64,000 nucleotides of DNA from Oikopleura dioica (GCA_907165135.1 OU015568.1:12772001-12836000), one strand, 5' to 3'; shown: positions 1-14,757, counted from the stretch's first letter. The notes: generated by a model not told the origin, from the sequence alone. Translations and numbers: made by a program.

Positions 1-3000
1 GCCCTGGAAGGTGAGTTTCTAGATAAATTTCTTAATAGGGCTTCTAGTTGAAAATTCATTTCAAGAAGTGAGACTTGTGAAATTCAATTGAGCAAGACTC
101 TTCTAACATTTCAACTTGGCACTTAAGGATATAAGCTATGTATTTAAACTTTCGTAGCGCCTAAGTGCGAAGTAGGATCATTTTCATTTCAAAAGAAATC
201 CTACCTAAAAATGCACGCAAAACTCAAATCTAGTACTTTTAAAAAAAAATTTATATAAAATTTTCTTTTTAGAGCGTTTTGAAATCTTACGATCGCGATT
301 CCTCGAAATTTTTCCATTGAATCGCTAAAACTAAACCGTATGTTTTATTTCGATGATGTTGTGCTAGAAAATTGACGGGCTTTTATTTCAAAACTTTCTC
401 GAATTTTCATTCTAGCGTTTTCCTCTTTCCTGCTCGTGTTTTTCTTCTTTTTGTGCTTTTTCGCCTGCAACCAATCAAAGCGCTCGGCTCAACCGCGCCA
501 CTCTCACGGAAAAGAGGAGTCGAGAGAGCGAGCGCCTAACGCGCCACTTTTTACACTATTCACGCGCTGGGTAAGCCTCATGGAAATGGCTCTAAAATCG
601 GTTTCGGTCGGAATAAGGGAAAACTGATCCGTCAAATTTGTAGATAAGGGTTAAGAAAAGTTATTTATCGAAAAAACTCGACCGATAAAGTTGAAAAATT
701 TCGAGGAATCGCCATCGTAAGATTTGAAACCGCTCTAAAAAGAAAATTTTCTATAAAAATTTTTTTAAAAGTACCAGATTTGAGTTTTACGTGCATTTTT
801 AGGTAGGATTGCTCTGGAAATGAAAATGATCCTCCTTCGCATTTAGGCGCTACGAAAGTTTAAATACATAGCTTATATCCTTAAAAATAGAAATGAGTTG
901 GATATTTCCAATAAAAGATGATAACGAGAGATCTATTCAGTCCCGGCCCTCGAAGATCCCAACCGCGCCAAAGGAGTACATCACTCCTGTTGATCACAGC
1001 AAGCCGATCCTCTTCTCCTGCCCTAACTACAAAGAATCATCAAGCTCTGGCTCTCCGGAAAGCAAATCGGTTGATTCCCAAGTTTCGTTCTCCTTCAGCC
1101 AGCCGAAAAAATTAAATAAACTTCGTCTCGGCGGGTCAAGCCAGAAGAAGAGCGACACAGGAAAAGTGAATGTCAAGGGCTACTATGAACAGAAGAAAAA
1201 GGTGAGAAAACAGAGTGACAAAATTTCGCGAACTATTTCAACAAGTGATAACTTTTTTTATTTCTAGTTTATGGAAAGCCAGCCCAAAAAGGTCGAAAGC
1301 AAGAAGGTTGAGCTCAAGGAAAAGACGCTCCCCAAGATTGAATCGGAGAAGAAGGAAGAGAAAGCGAAGCCAGCAGAGGTAAAGCAGAGAGACTAATCCT
1401 ATTATATATAAGATGAAATAACATGTTCTCAAGCTATTTTATATGCAAACTGTTTTTATTGATAACATTTATTTAGTCGACACTTCCACCTGCAGCAGGA
1501 GGTTTTGGCGACTTTATGGCAAAACAAAAGGAAGCGTCGCAAGGAAAGTGGACATGTGATATTTGCATGGTTTCGAATACCGCAGACCTCAAGAAATGCT
1601 CCGCTTGCGAGACTCCAAATCCCAAAGCAGCTGGCGAAAAGGTACTTTCTCAAGTCTAATTTTCAAGATTTTATTTATTTCTAGCCTGCCGAGACTGCAA
1701 CTCCGATCCCTCCCCCAGTTGCTGGTGGTTTCGCTGATTTCATGTCGAAGCAGAAGAGTCAAAGTGGCGGCAAGTGGTCCTGCGACGTCTGTATGGTCTC
1801 CAACGCAGCTGATCTGGCCAAATGCTCGGCATGCGAGACTCCCAACCCGAAAGCACCGGCTGGTGCCTCCAGTGCCGCTCCAGCAGCCGCAGCTCCAAAG
1901 TTCTCGTTCGGAACTTCGTCTGCAACACCAGCTACAGACGCTCCAAAGCCTTCATTTACCTTCGGCGCTGCCAAAACAGAGGAGAAGAAAGAGGATAAGG
2001 CACCAACGTTCACATTTGGCGCTAAAAAGACGGAGGAGTCAACCACTTCGGCTCCGTCATTTTCATTTGGTGCTAAGCCGGCGGAAGAAATGAAAGATTC
2101 TGCAGCTCCCAAATTCTCTTTCGGTGCTTCAACTGCCAAGCCCGCTACAGATGCCGCCAAGCAAGCGACAGAGGCGGCTCCCTCTTTCACTTTTGGTGCG
2201 GGAACCAAAAAGGCTGAAGAGCCGAAAGCCGCTGCCCCATCATTTTCGTTCGGTGGTGCCAAGACAGAGGAGAAAAAAGCTGATCCAGCACCATCCTTCT
2301 CCTTTGGTGGCGCTGCGAAGAAAGAAGAAACCCCAAAGATCGCCGCTCCTTCATTCTCTTTCGGCGGCGAAGCTAAAAAGGACGAAGCGCCAAAGCCAGC
2401 CGCTCCTTCTTTCTCTTTTGGAGGGGCGTCCGCGCCAAAGACTGATGCTGCACCTTCATTTTCATTTGGTGGTACACCAAAACCTGCCGAGCCAGCAGTT
2501 ACTTCTGCACCTTCCTTCAGTTTTGGAGGCGGTTCTTCTAGTTCAACGGCTCCCGCAGCAGCTGCACCTTCTTTCTCTTTTGGAGGTGCTTCGAAGCCTG
2601 CCGAGCCAGCGAAGAGCGTTGCTCCAACATTCTCGTTTGGTGGAAGCTCAAAACCAAAAACGGAAGCCGCGCCGTCGTTCAACTTCGGAGGAGCCCCGAG
2701 TGCGCCCGTGACAACATCCGCTCCAAGTTTCTCATTCGGAGGAGGAGCTGCCGCAGCGCCTGCAGCAGCAGATAAACCGTTCACGTTCGGTGGAGCATCT
2801 AACAACAGCTCAACAACCACAACAAACACTTTCGGATCCGGATCATCTCAGAGCAAGCCCGCGGCGCCTTCATTCAACTTTGGTGGGTCGAGCTCTACTG
2901 AAAGCAAACCATTCGCTTTTGGAGGCAATAACGATAAGCCAGCATCAACGGCTGCTGCCGCTCCAACTTTTAACTTCGGGGGATCGCAGACGAACGATTC

Positions 3001-3772
3001 AACTGGTAGCTCTTTGTTTGGTAACAACACTCAATCAACTGCTGCGCCAAGTTTCTCATTCAAAGGAAAGTCAGAGCCATCAAGCCAAGGCTCCATGTTT
3101 GGCAATTCTAATGCCACTACCGCCGCTCCCTCGTTTAACTTTGGTGGATCCTCCAACACGGCTGCGAACGACAAGCCATTTTCTTTTGGCGGCAGTTCAT
3201 CCCAAACTTCGTCGCAGGATAAGCCTTTCAGCTTCGGAGGCGCGTCAAACCAAAACAGCGGTGGATCTTCTTCTATGTTTTCCCCTGAGCAGCCAACAAA
3301 ACAGGCGAGCGCACCGACATTCAACTTCGGCGGTAGTAGCTCTCAGCCCTCTTCTGGGACCAACATGTTCGGTGGAAATTCGAACAGCCAAAGGTAACTC
3401 AGATTTTATCCTTGGCGATAATTAAATTATTACTTTAGCTCTGGATTCAACTTTGGCGGGGGAAATACAAATCCCGCTCCTTCTGGAGGGAGTATGTTCG
3501 GTAATTCAAACCAGACATCAAGTCAACAACCCGCCCCATCTTTCAACTTTGGCGGCGGTGGATCTCAAAATAGCTCTCTAAACGGGAGCTTTAGCTTCGG
3601 CGGGAATTCAAGTCAACCTGCACCGGTAAGCTCATCTTTTTTCTATTCTGTTGCTTATCAAATATTTCAGGGTGGAAACATGTTCGGTGCTGGAGCTGCA
3701 CCCGCTGCAAACAATAGTGGTGTAGCTGCTCCTCGCAGAAAAATCGTCCGCGCCCGTCGCAACAAACGATAA
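1..3772 (+). CDS. NUP153: Nucleoporin Nup153 (5' end outside window; multi-exon)
   Basis: Exon 1-10 splices in frame (GAA G|AT GAT) across intron 11-917. Two RanBP2-type zinc fingers (W-T-C-D-I-C..C-S-A-C at about 1550-1610; W-S-C-D-V-C..C-S-A-C at about 1775-1835), then roughly two dozen FxFG repeats (PSFSFGG) and a basic tail PRRKIVRARRNKR*, as in Nup153/Nup1. Confidence 0.85.
127..880. mobile_element. Non-autonomous TIR element (MITE) with TTAA target duplication, Kolobok-like, in Nup153 intron
   Basis: Imperfect inverted arms of about 188 bp (127-314 vs 693-880) starting GGATATAAGCTATGTATTTAAACTTTCGTAGCGCC. TTAA flanks both ends (123-126, 881-884). No transposase ORF. Confidence 0.85.
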
Positions 3773-4100
3773 TATTTTTTAACAATATCTTCCGTCTCTC
3801 AATTGGAAAAACTACGCTAAAATGACTATATTTTTCTGCATTTAGTTAAATTCTACTTGTGGTCTTTGTGCCGGCATCGGAATCAATAGGCTCTTTCAAT
3901 TTATTTATTCTTCAGTTCAAAATCTTCAGTTCATAAATCAAATAATTCTTATGCCGCGCAGAGCCCCGTGCCTCCAACCTGTCTTCTTGACAGTTATTTT
4001 TGTGTCTTCTGTCTGTTTATTTATTTTAATGTGAAATGAATATAAAATGCCAGCATATCAATCTTGCTGTGATTTATTTGTACAATCAGATTCGAGCAGG

Positions 4101-4591
4101 TTACCAGTCAATATTTTTCGCGGATACTTCGGTCGTCTTCGGAACTTATTCGAGATGAATTATTGTGAAGCAAGTGGGGAATTACCTGGTGATGATCGCA
4201 TCGAACTCGATATCGAAGAGTTTAGTTTCGCCAATTTATCTTTGATTGATTGCAGTTCCTCTTGTATATTTTCATTTTCCGGATGCATGACCTTCAAATT
4301 CGCAACAACTTCCCTGAATTAGAGATAAAACAAAATGCATGCTGAGAAATGACCGCACCTGAGTTTCTCCGAATTCGCAACAATTCTCCTCGTCTTAGAG
4401 GAATCAGGCATCTTATCAGCAAGAAGAATAAGACTTTCTGAAAGTCCAAGTGCATATCCGACATCAAAGCCAATAATTCCGCCGTTCACTTTCCCAAAGC
4501 TTTCGCCATCTTGAAATGCCTTCTTTTTAGCCGCTTCCTCTCCTTCTTTTTCTGCATTCTCTGCGAGCTCCTCTTCCCAAAACTCCTCCAT
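4101..4591 (-). CDS. Yae1/LTO1(ORAOV1)-like small protein, 3 exons
   Basis: MEEFWEEE..EGEEAAKKKAFQDGESFGKVNGGIIGFDVGYALG resembles the deca-GX3 repeat of Yae1_N/LTO1. GT-AG introns give ..HPENENIQEELQSIKDKLAKL..KNIDW*. Confidence 0.55.
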
Positions 4592-4814
4592 TCTAAATTT
4601 CCATTTCCAAGTACAAATAATGACATTCTGGATAGACGGAAAATGCACGAAAGGCCGTGCTCAATTAACCCAGCATACATAAAATGTTAAACCGATACTT
4701 AGATGTCGGTGATATTTAGGGAATCGTGAGTACACGGAGAAGCGCCAAGCTAAATCCCTTTTTTACCCCAAGGAGGTACGCTTGAGTCAAAGGAGTATTC
4801 GGTTTCAAGAGAAA

Positions 4815-5845
4815 ATGAAATGGATAATGTCTGTCCTCGCTTTAACCCTAGTTTTGCTTTTTATCGTAAACGAAAACACTGCTACTTCCAGCAGTCTTAC
4901 AATAGAGAAAATCGAAAGAGTCGGCCGCGATTCCCCGCCAAAAGAGAATAATTTGGTACCGAATGAATATTCCGCTGACGAGTTACAAGTATTTATGAAC
5001 AGGTTTGGTCGGCGACTCGATCTACTTCAACACCAGTGTGCGGAAATTCCAAAAACAGGTCTCCATTCAACGAAGAGTCTTGGAAGAGTAATTCCGGAAG
5101 CTAAACTGGCTTTTGCGCGGCTTGGAAATGTTCATCGACGTATTGGCATACACTCTACGAAAGTATCATCGAACACAGAAACATTTCTGAATCAACTGCC
5201 GCTGAGCGTTTTGAAACGTTCAAGGATCCATCGAGCACGCGCATACTTATTGTTCGACATCCGATGGTACGGCTCGTTTCCGCTTGGAATGAGAAAATGT
5301 CGAAACATCACGCCAACGGCGGTCACTACTACAAAAGCTCTCTACGAAAGGGGCTAGACAAATTCGACACGCATCAGTGGAACACGGATTCGACGAAAAG
5401 CCACTGGGTGAGTTTTCACAACTATATTACATGGATCGCCCTTGACGGTCACCAGAAAAACCGCCACTTCGAGCCCGCAATAAAAATGTGTCCTCCCTGT
5501 CAGAATTTCAACTACGTTGTCAAGGTGGAAACAATGACGGACGATATTTTCGCCATATTTCAAAAGGTCGAATTCGAAGTTCCGCCTCAATTCGACTTGG
5601 GCATTCCGCAGAGGTCTTTTGACAACGGCATCGGAACAAAGTCGACTGAAGCAATTGTTGAGCATATAAAGTCATTTTACAAGGATGTATCAAAAGTGGC
5701 ACTAACAAAGTTGAAAGCGAAATTTCAACGGGACTTGGACCTTTTGGCTACACATTTGATGTGGACACTGCCGAACCTGGAGGACTTGAAGTCTGAAAAA
5801 ACGACAAGTGTTTCTGAAAAGAAATTAACGCAACAAAATTTTTAA
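4815..5845 (+). CDS. Golgi carbohydrate sulfotransferase (Sulfotransfer_2/CHST family), apparent 1-nt frameshift at 5111-5114
   Basis: N-terminal type II TM (WIMSVLALTLVLLFIV); 5'-PSB-like FCAAWKCSSTYW; 3'-PB IVRHPMVRLVSAWNEK; HFEPAIKMCPPC..VVKVETMTDD; FYKDVS..FQRDLDLL. Confidence 0.8.
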
Positions 5846-5935
5846 TAAAAATCAATCTAATAAATATATACCAACAAAAAATGTGTTGAATGTTGAAGTA
5901 CTAAGGCTAAATCATAGTGGAATTCGACATTGAAA

Positions 5936-6810
5936 TTAGACGCCTCGAGCGACAAAAAGTTCATCAAGCTTTGATTCAAGTGCAGCATTGGCTCCACGGA
6001 GGCCATCAACCACTTGTTTCGCCCATTTGAAGTAATTGACGACGCGTTCCTAAAAGTTTGCTTTGTTTGTTTGTATATTTATAGATCTGAGTGACTATTT
6101 TCCTAATAATGCTTAGCTTCAACGCCATTCATTCAAGTAAGAAATACTACGAGAAATAATACATAATGTACCAAACGAACCTCATCCCAGCTTTCTGGAG
6201 TACATCTGTTTAGATCTCGTAAATTGTAGAGTTTATCAGCCAGTTTCACTTGCTTTGCCCCCGGCGTTTTCTTCGGCGCATTCTAAGCATTTTTTACAAA
6301 AGCTTCCTCCCGGCATTGAATTTGAGATAATTGCTTATCGCAAGAATGAAAACAAGAGATTCCGAACTTACCACAATCTGCAGCCTCTTCCGTTCCATCT
6401 TCTCTAGGTTCTTGTCGTCTGTCACCTAAATTCAAGGTAATTTCGTTCAAATACTCGTTCAACAACCTCATCGACATAATCTCGCACAATCTTTCCAAAG
6501 AGCTCTTCGATTTCTTCAAAAGTAGTGTCTGTATCTTCGACAGTATCGTGGAGCAAAGCAGCGCATAGAATATCCACATCAGTGACTCCTCCTTCTTCGG
6601 TTAAAATTTCAGCGACTCCGATCGGGTGATTGATGTAAGGAGTCTTGTCCGAATCTTTGCGCCTGTCATTTCGGTGCTTTTTCGCGGCGAAGTCTTTCGA
6701 CGTGTTCTTTACTTTTCATATCAGTGCTCAAAACCCCCGAACCAATAATTAGACCTTTTATTGACTGAATGAGGCCAGCTATCCTGATCCAATCTGCGTC
6801 ATTTTCAAGA
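5936..6810 (-). CDS. HDDC3: HD-domain (p)ppGpp/NADPH phosphatase MESH1 (5' end uncertain)
   Basis: Manual translation: [82 protein letters not shown], with GT-AG introns. Missed by the ORF track. Confidence 0.9.
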
Positions 6811-7407
6811 GCAATAGACTTTCAAAGACGTCATTGAGGAACTTTTCGTTAAAAGGAACACCTGCCTGTAGCCTTGACTAACTTCGCGATTTGTGAATTC
6901 ATCGTTATGTTTTGGCCTTGTTGCTCGTGTTTTGCTTTGGAGGTTAGTACCAGCGACTACGCGTTGCGCGCGTCCTTTGCAGCGGTCGATTCTTTCTCTG
7001 GCGCTCTGGCTTTTTCTGGCCGCTGATTGGCCAGACGCCATCGACCGGGCGCGGTGTGCGGTGCACCTTGCCACTAAGGACCCAGGCACCACCACCAGCG
7101 AATTTAGCGTAACCCGGCCATAATCCCGCCCACGGTCAATACCTCCACCAGGAGCACAGACACTTAGTAACTCTACCTCGATCCGTAGAGAAAATTTGAA
7201 TACACGAGCAGAGAACTACCTGTACTTGGGGCGATTCTGTATGTTCTGTTTCTGTACTCCAAAGGTGTTTTGGCTCATCGTGTTGTTTTGTGTCCGAGGG
7301 CGGGTTTGCGAAAGGCAGAGTTGCGACTTCCAAATGGTTAATTCCTAAACATTGCAATTGATAGAACAGTGGTGCTAGAATTATCAGTGATTGTTAGACA
7401 CTTTTCT

Positions 7408-7730
7408 GGCTCGACACAATTTTTGGAGTTAAGAAGATTTGGAGTAGGCTAAAAGGAGCAACTTTATTTTCCGGAGATACTCCAAATCGGAGCAAAATTT
7501 CAAAGCCGATTTTAATGGTGTTAAGGGCCTCCCGGCCCTTTCAAACCCCGGCAAAAACGCGCCTCGGGGCCCGGGCTTTCTTTTGAGCTATTCAGATACC
7601 CTTAAATATTTCTGCAACACCCTTAAAATCGGCGTTGAAATTTTGCTCCAATTTGGAGTATCTCCGGAAAATAAAGTTGCTCCTTTTAGCTTACTCCAAA
7701 TCTTCTTAACTCCAAAAATTGACCATAGCC
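7408..7730. mobile_element. 323-bp MITE with 9-bp TSD (Mutator/MULE-like)
   Basis: 115-bp inverted arms (7408-7522 vs 7616-7730), both beginning GGCT. Identical 9-bp direct repeat CACTTTTCT at 7399-7407 and 7731-7739. Confidence 0.9.
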
Positions 7731-7991
7731 CACTTTTCTTTCTTTCTCTTCCCCCTTTTCATTATGTAAGGAAACACCTTGTTCTAAAATGACGTTTCGA
7801 GAAGGTCAAGTGGATTAGGAAGGTGTAGAAAATAGCTTTAGCTCTCTCCAATTAGCAGAAAAGAAAGAGAAATCTTCGAATGAACTGTTTTCTGTGTTAC
7901 AATCGTGATTTACTCAAGGAAGGTTTTCTCCGAACTCTAAAACTGGTGACACTTATTATTTCTGTGATTTGCGCAATTTTATTTGGAATAA

Positions 7992-9573
<1,582 letters not shown>

Positions 9574-9731
9574 AAGAAAACTTCTTCAACTATTCTTCAA
9601 AAACGAAAGTGAATGTGATATATTATGAAACTCTTACTGGCCGTTAACTGTATGTTCGCCTTTCGAAATATCGTACGACTCTATGAAATTACTGTAAATG
9701 ATTCAATCTCACCATCGATTTTCTTCTTAGA

Positions 9732-10242
9732 ATGTCAGACGCTGTCGTATTCGGCGGAATGCTTATAGATTCCAGTGCTCTATTGGGGATCAATATTTAC
9801 GCGCTAATAACGCTATCCGACTTAGAATGCGACTACCTAAACGCTTCAACCGCTTGTTCCAAGTTGAATAATGTCATTTTGGTAAGACGAAAGCCACTCA
9901 TTTCAACGCTTATTCTCTTTTCAGCCCGAAATCATTACACACTTGATCGGCATTTTCGTCCTTTTTGTCACTGGGCACTGGATTCTCTTCGCCCTTAATG
10001 TCCCTGTCGTATTGATTCTTATCCACAGATTCAATTCCGTCCAAGCTGGAAGTATAGGTAAGCCGATAAGAGCCTGGTTTACTTTCTACGGTGGATGTTT
10101 AGGTCTATACGACCCAGCCGAAATCCACAATCAGCGCCGGCTGAAAACGTTCATGCACGAGAATCTCGTCAAAGTAGCGTTTCACGTGGTGTTTTTCTTC
10201 ATTTACCTTTACTCGCTCATATTCACCCTTCTGTCGCAGTGA
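9732..10242 (+). CDS. CNIH4: Cornichon homolog 4, 3 exons
   Basis: ITLSDLECDYLNASTACSKLN, GLYDPAEIHN, KVAFHVVFFFIYLYSLI are hallmark CNIH4 motifs. Confidence 0.9.
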
Positions 10243-10387
10243 TACGCCCTGCTTCTACTTGTTTGTTACTTTTTATTTCATTCAATTTCGCACTCGCCAA
10301 AATCGTGCTTAGACGAATTTTTACCAAGAAGATGCCTTTGCTTTACCTCCCTCAATTCAGATTCTGAATTTAATCGCCGCTTTTAGA

Positions 10388-11851
10388 ATGACGTCCGCCT
10401 TTTCTCCCGATGGGTCGGAAGCAATGGGAAGAGTGATCGAGCGGCGCAGACTCCGTCCTGACTCAATTTCGGTTTCGGATTTTTACGATCTCGGGAAAGT
10501 CGCAAGCTTTTGTGAATCGATCAAGGGCGATGTGACTTTACAGCTTAATGACGTGCTATTACCGGACGCTGCAAAGATTTTGAAAGAGCTGAAAAAGAGA
10601 GTTGGTCCCGAAAGCGAAGCCAGATTCTGCATTCTTGCCGACTCGACCTTTGGGGATGGAGATGTCGATGAAGTTTCTGCGCTGCATCTCGACTGCCAGG
10701 CGCTGGTATATTTCGGCGACGCTAATTTTAAAACCATAACCAATATTCCGTCACTGATTGTGAGGTAGTAGAAATCCAAGTTTTTCTAGTGATTGAATGT
10801 TTTAGTTTAGACACGATTGAAAAGGAAAGCTTCGCCGCTTCTCTCGATGAAGTTGTTTCAAAATATCCAGGAGCTGTATTCTTGGTTGAGAATGAAAAAA
10901 TGATGGAAGCAGTTGGAGAGAAATCAGATAGCGTCAGATTGATGACATTGGCGAATGATATCAGCGAGCTCTCCCCGGAAACGAAATCATTAGATACGGC
11001 GGTTTACATTGGCAACACGAAATCACCGAAAATAGCAGCTTGGTGTCTTCAAAATCAGCCCGAGAAGTTTGTTGCAATTTCGAGCGACACTTTCGAAGTT
11101 GAAGAAAATCCAGTCAATGTTGGGAGAATTCTTATGCAACGATTCTATCTCATTGAAAAGGCAAAGGATGCGGAGCGAGTTGGGATTGTCCTTGGCTCAA
11201 ATGGTGGTCATGCGACAAGTGGATTATGCATGGATAAACTAAGAAAGCTCGGCCAAGAGGCTGGCAAAAACGTTTACAATCTCAGTACGTCCTTTTCTTT
11301 TAAAGCATTTTCATTTAATTAATTTTTTAGTTGTTGGAGAGCCGACGCCACAGAAACTAGCGAATTTCCCAGAAATGGACATTTTCGTTCTGATCGCATC
11401 TCCCGAAGAATCAATTCTCCCTGCAAAAGGTTTCTACAAACCAGTTTTGCATCCGTGGGAATTCATGATGGCTTGCTCTGATGAAGATTGGACTGGCGCT
11501 TATTCTGCCAATTGGACAGAATTGCTCGAGGCTGAGCTCAAGGCTTCAGTAAAGGGTAAATGTTTTTAATGCAAATAGATATAGTTTCATAATCTGTCAA
11601 TAGAGTACGATGTTTCATTGTTCACGGGGAATATAAGAGCGGCAAATACAAACACAGCAATGGAATCGTCTGCTGGAGCTTCAGGAATGCAACTCGCAAC
11701 GGTTGGAGAACGAGAAATCGCGCTGCTCGACTCGCACAAAATTCGCGAATCAAGAGAATATTTTGGGCTGACACAGGAGCAAAACGCAGCTCCATCGAAA
11801 ATTGTTGATGGACGCTGTGGGATTGCTCAAGGATATAATGATGAAAAATGA
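10388..11851 (+). CDS. DPH2: Diphthamide biosynthesis protein 2
   Basis: LQLNDVLLPDA, CILADSTFGDGDVDEVSALH, QRFYLIEKAKDAERVGIV, KLANFPEMDIFVLIASPE, C-terminal GRCGIAQGYNDEK*. Confidence 0.9.
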
Positions 11852-11894
11852 TTGTAAAGTAATAGATTGAAATTAATCCGGTTTGGCGTTTAGA

Positions 11895-13193
11895 ATGGAG
11901 CAATCGTTATTGCAAAAGTACATTAAAATCGTTGGAGCAGTCGGGCTCTACTGGGCGATCTCTATTTCTCTCGTGAGGCTTTAAAATTTCTGCGCAAAAA
12001 AAATTATTTTTAGGTTTTTGTTAACAAATCTTTGTTAAAAGGAGACGAGCTCAAACTCGATGCTCCCCTTTTCGTCACTTTCTATCAGTGCGTTTGTACT
12101 GTTGTCATGTGTAAAAGTAAGAGAATCCTCCATCATGCAAGCGCTAAAATAACATCTAGTCTGCGATATCATGGCTCAAAAGTTCCCCGAAAAAGTTTCC
12201 TTCCCAAGCACAAAAGTCGAAAGCCAAAAATGCCGCGATGTTATGCCACTTTCTCTCGTCTTCGTCGCTATGATTGCTTTTAACAATCTCTGCCTCCAAG
12301 AAGTAAGAGTCTTCTCTCATTCTTTCTTCTATTTTTAACATAGGTTGGTGTTGCTTTCTACACCGTTGCTCGATCCCTCGTCACTATCTTCTCCCTCCTC
12401 TTTACCTATTTGATCCTCGGAAAGAAAACTTCCTGCCTCGGTAAAAATCACTTCGCTTGGACAGTTAATTTAGATATATTTTAGCTATTCTTTGCTGCAG
12501 CATCATTGTCGGCGGTTTCTTCCTCGGAGTCAACCAAGAAGGCGATCTTGGATCTCTTTCTGTCATTGGAACTGCCTATGGTGTCATTGCCTCTGCCTGT
12601 GTTGCCCTGAACTCGATCTTCACCAAGAAAGTGTTGCCAAAGGTAATATTTCAAATGAGATATCAGCGTTCACATGCGTTTTTAGGTCGATGAGGACATC
12701 TGGAAGCTGACGTACTACAACAACATCAACGCTTGTTTGATCTTCCTCCCACTGATGATTGTCACTGGTGAATTCGGCACGCTTGCTAACTTCCCCTTCC
12801 TCTACTCCTCCAAGTTCTGGATTCCCATGACCGTTGCTGGCGCTTTTGGTTTCACAATGGGCTACGTCGTCGGACTCCAAATTCAGGTAAATGTCAGACA
12901 ATGCGACATCTTTTCATTTTTCTTGTATTCAGGTTACGTCTCCCATCACCCACAACATTTCCGGCGTTGCTAAGGCCTGTTGTCAAACAGTCGTCGCCGT
13001 CATGTGGTTCAGCGAAGTCAAGACCGTCCTTTGGTGGGTGTCTAATTTCCTCGTCCTCCTCGGCACTGGGTAAATTATAAAAATTACATCCCTGTTTGCT
13101 TACAGCACAAATACGTTCAGCTCGTACGCATTCGTCAAATCACTGGAGATGAAAAAAGCCCACGAGCAGCAGCAGTCCGCATCAAAGGCATGA
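11895..13193 (+). CDS. SLC35C1: GDP-fucose transporter 1
   Basis: [66 protein letters not shown]; multiple TM segments. Confidence 0.9.
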
Positions 13194-14757
13194 GAAAATT
13201 AATAATATAAAATTCATAAACGCGCTGGCTATGAAGCCGCCACGCGTTAATTTCACTAGCCTTCCAAGTACAAAATTCCTATTCAATTTCAAGTTTAGTC
13301 ACTATCACCAATTTTTATTATACTCAACTTTCATATTTAATCCATGCTTTACCTAATCGAATTGGTCGTTCAAGACGAAACCGTACGGAAATATTAACAT
13401 GATTTAGGAAGACAAACAAAAGCTCCTAGAAGAAGAGAAATCTTAAAAGATAACGCTCTTTCTATCTAAAAACAGCTACTGTCGCTGTTATTTATATTTC
13501 TGTAGACTCCTTTAATTCCTTCCTTAAAACATTGTGCCTCCTTTTGTTCGCCTTTTTGTATCGTTTCTATTTCTGTACTTCTGTGCAATATTATTTACCT
13601 ACTTCTTAACTTTTTTTCTTGAACGAAACGATCTTTCATTCGGTTTCAAACTGAAAGAATGAAGAACTTTCCTTTTCAACTAATCCTATGTAAACTATCA
13701 TGATTCTAACCCTCCGATCTTTTGATTGATATTCAAAGTGCTACTTTAGCAACAAGAGATTTACTGCCCAAATAAAGTTTTATATCCAGTTTAACATTTG
13801 TTTTCTTCTGCTAATTTTCTAGCCCTGCAACAAAAGCTCAAGTGGCTAGTGTGAACTTTTTATTGTAGTTAATTCAAAAGATAGCTTTTAAAAGACCCTC
13901 GAAGACGACTTTTTGGCTTGAAATTGAAGCCTGAGAAAAGTGAGACTTACTGGAAATACTCTTGTTAGACATACGCTAATAAAATACCTAGCATGATTTA
14001 GAAATGACAACGAGATCTTTTTATTGAGAACGATTTTTATTGATTCGATCATTTTAGCACTAGTTTTCAATGACGGATTTGAGTTGTCAATTAACGAATT
14101 AGAAAGATAAAAATACAAGAATTTCGCCAGTAGAAAGCAATAAACAGAGAGAGATGTTTTGGTTGAGGTCACGCTGCGTCTTTTTGTGATTTTGTGTTGA
14201 CTCGCCCCCTCGCCCGTCCAAAGCTAAATTCGCCAAAGCTAAAACACCTCTCTAACTCGCTCGAGCGCGCGTTTTTTTCGCGATCTGCTTTGTCCCCCGG
14301 CGGCAGAGACCAACCCGATAATCAATAATTACAAGAATCAACAAACTCGACTAGAATTACCGCCGAATTAAAAAAACGGGTCATAATTAAACATGAACTT
14401 GACCTTTCTTTTGTGAAAAATATTTTTAAAAAGACATTTTTCTGAATAGAGAAGTCGCTATCTTAAAAGATAAATCAATAATATTACCTTCATGTTTATA
14501 AGAAGGGACATATTAGGGAAATCTACAAACGAGCTGTCAGACTGTTGAACTTACGAACTTTGACCTGTATCTTGTCTCCTGGGCTAACTCATTTCAAGTT
14601 GTGAATTCAAGTTTGATTTTTTCAGAATTAAAAATTGATGAACGCTTCTCATCAGTAACAGGGATCTGATTGCTTTTCCGGACGTGTCCCGCCGCAAAAG
14701 TTAACCGTAACGGAATATCGAGAAAGTTGCCAATATCTTTAATTCCAACATATCGAA

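Noticed and set aside
1759-3324. Long antisense ORFs (356 aa and others) opposite Nup153
   Set aside because: Shadows of the repetitive GC-rich FG codons; they mirror the repeat and have no independent motif.
10760-10810. Apparent 26-nt GG-AG intron in DPH2
   Set aside because: A canonical 41-nt GT-AG intron (acceptor ..GTTTTAG|T TTA GAC) restores the frame.
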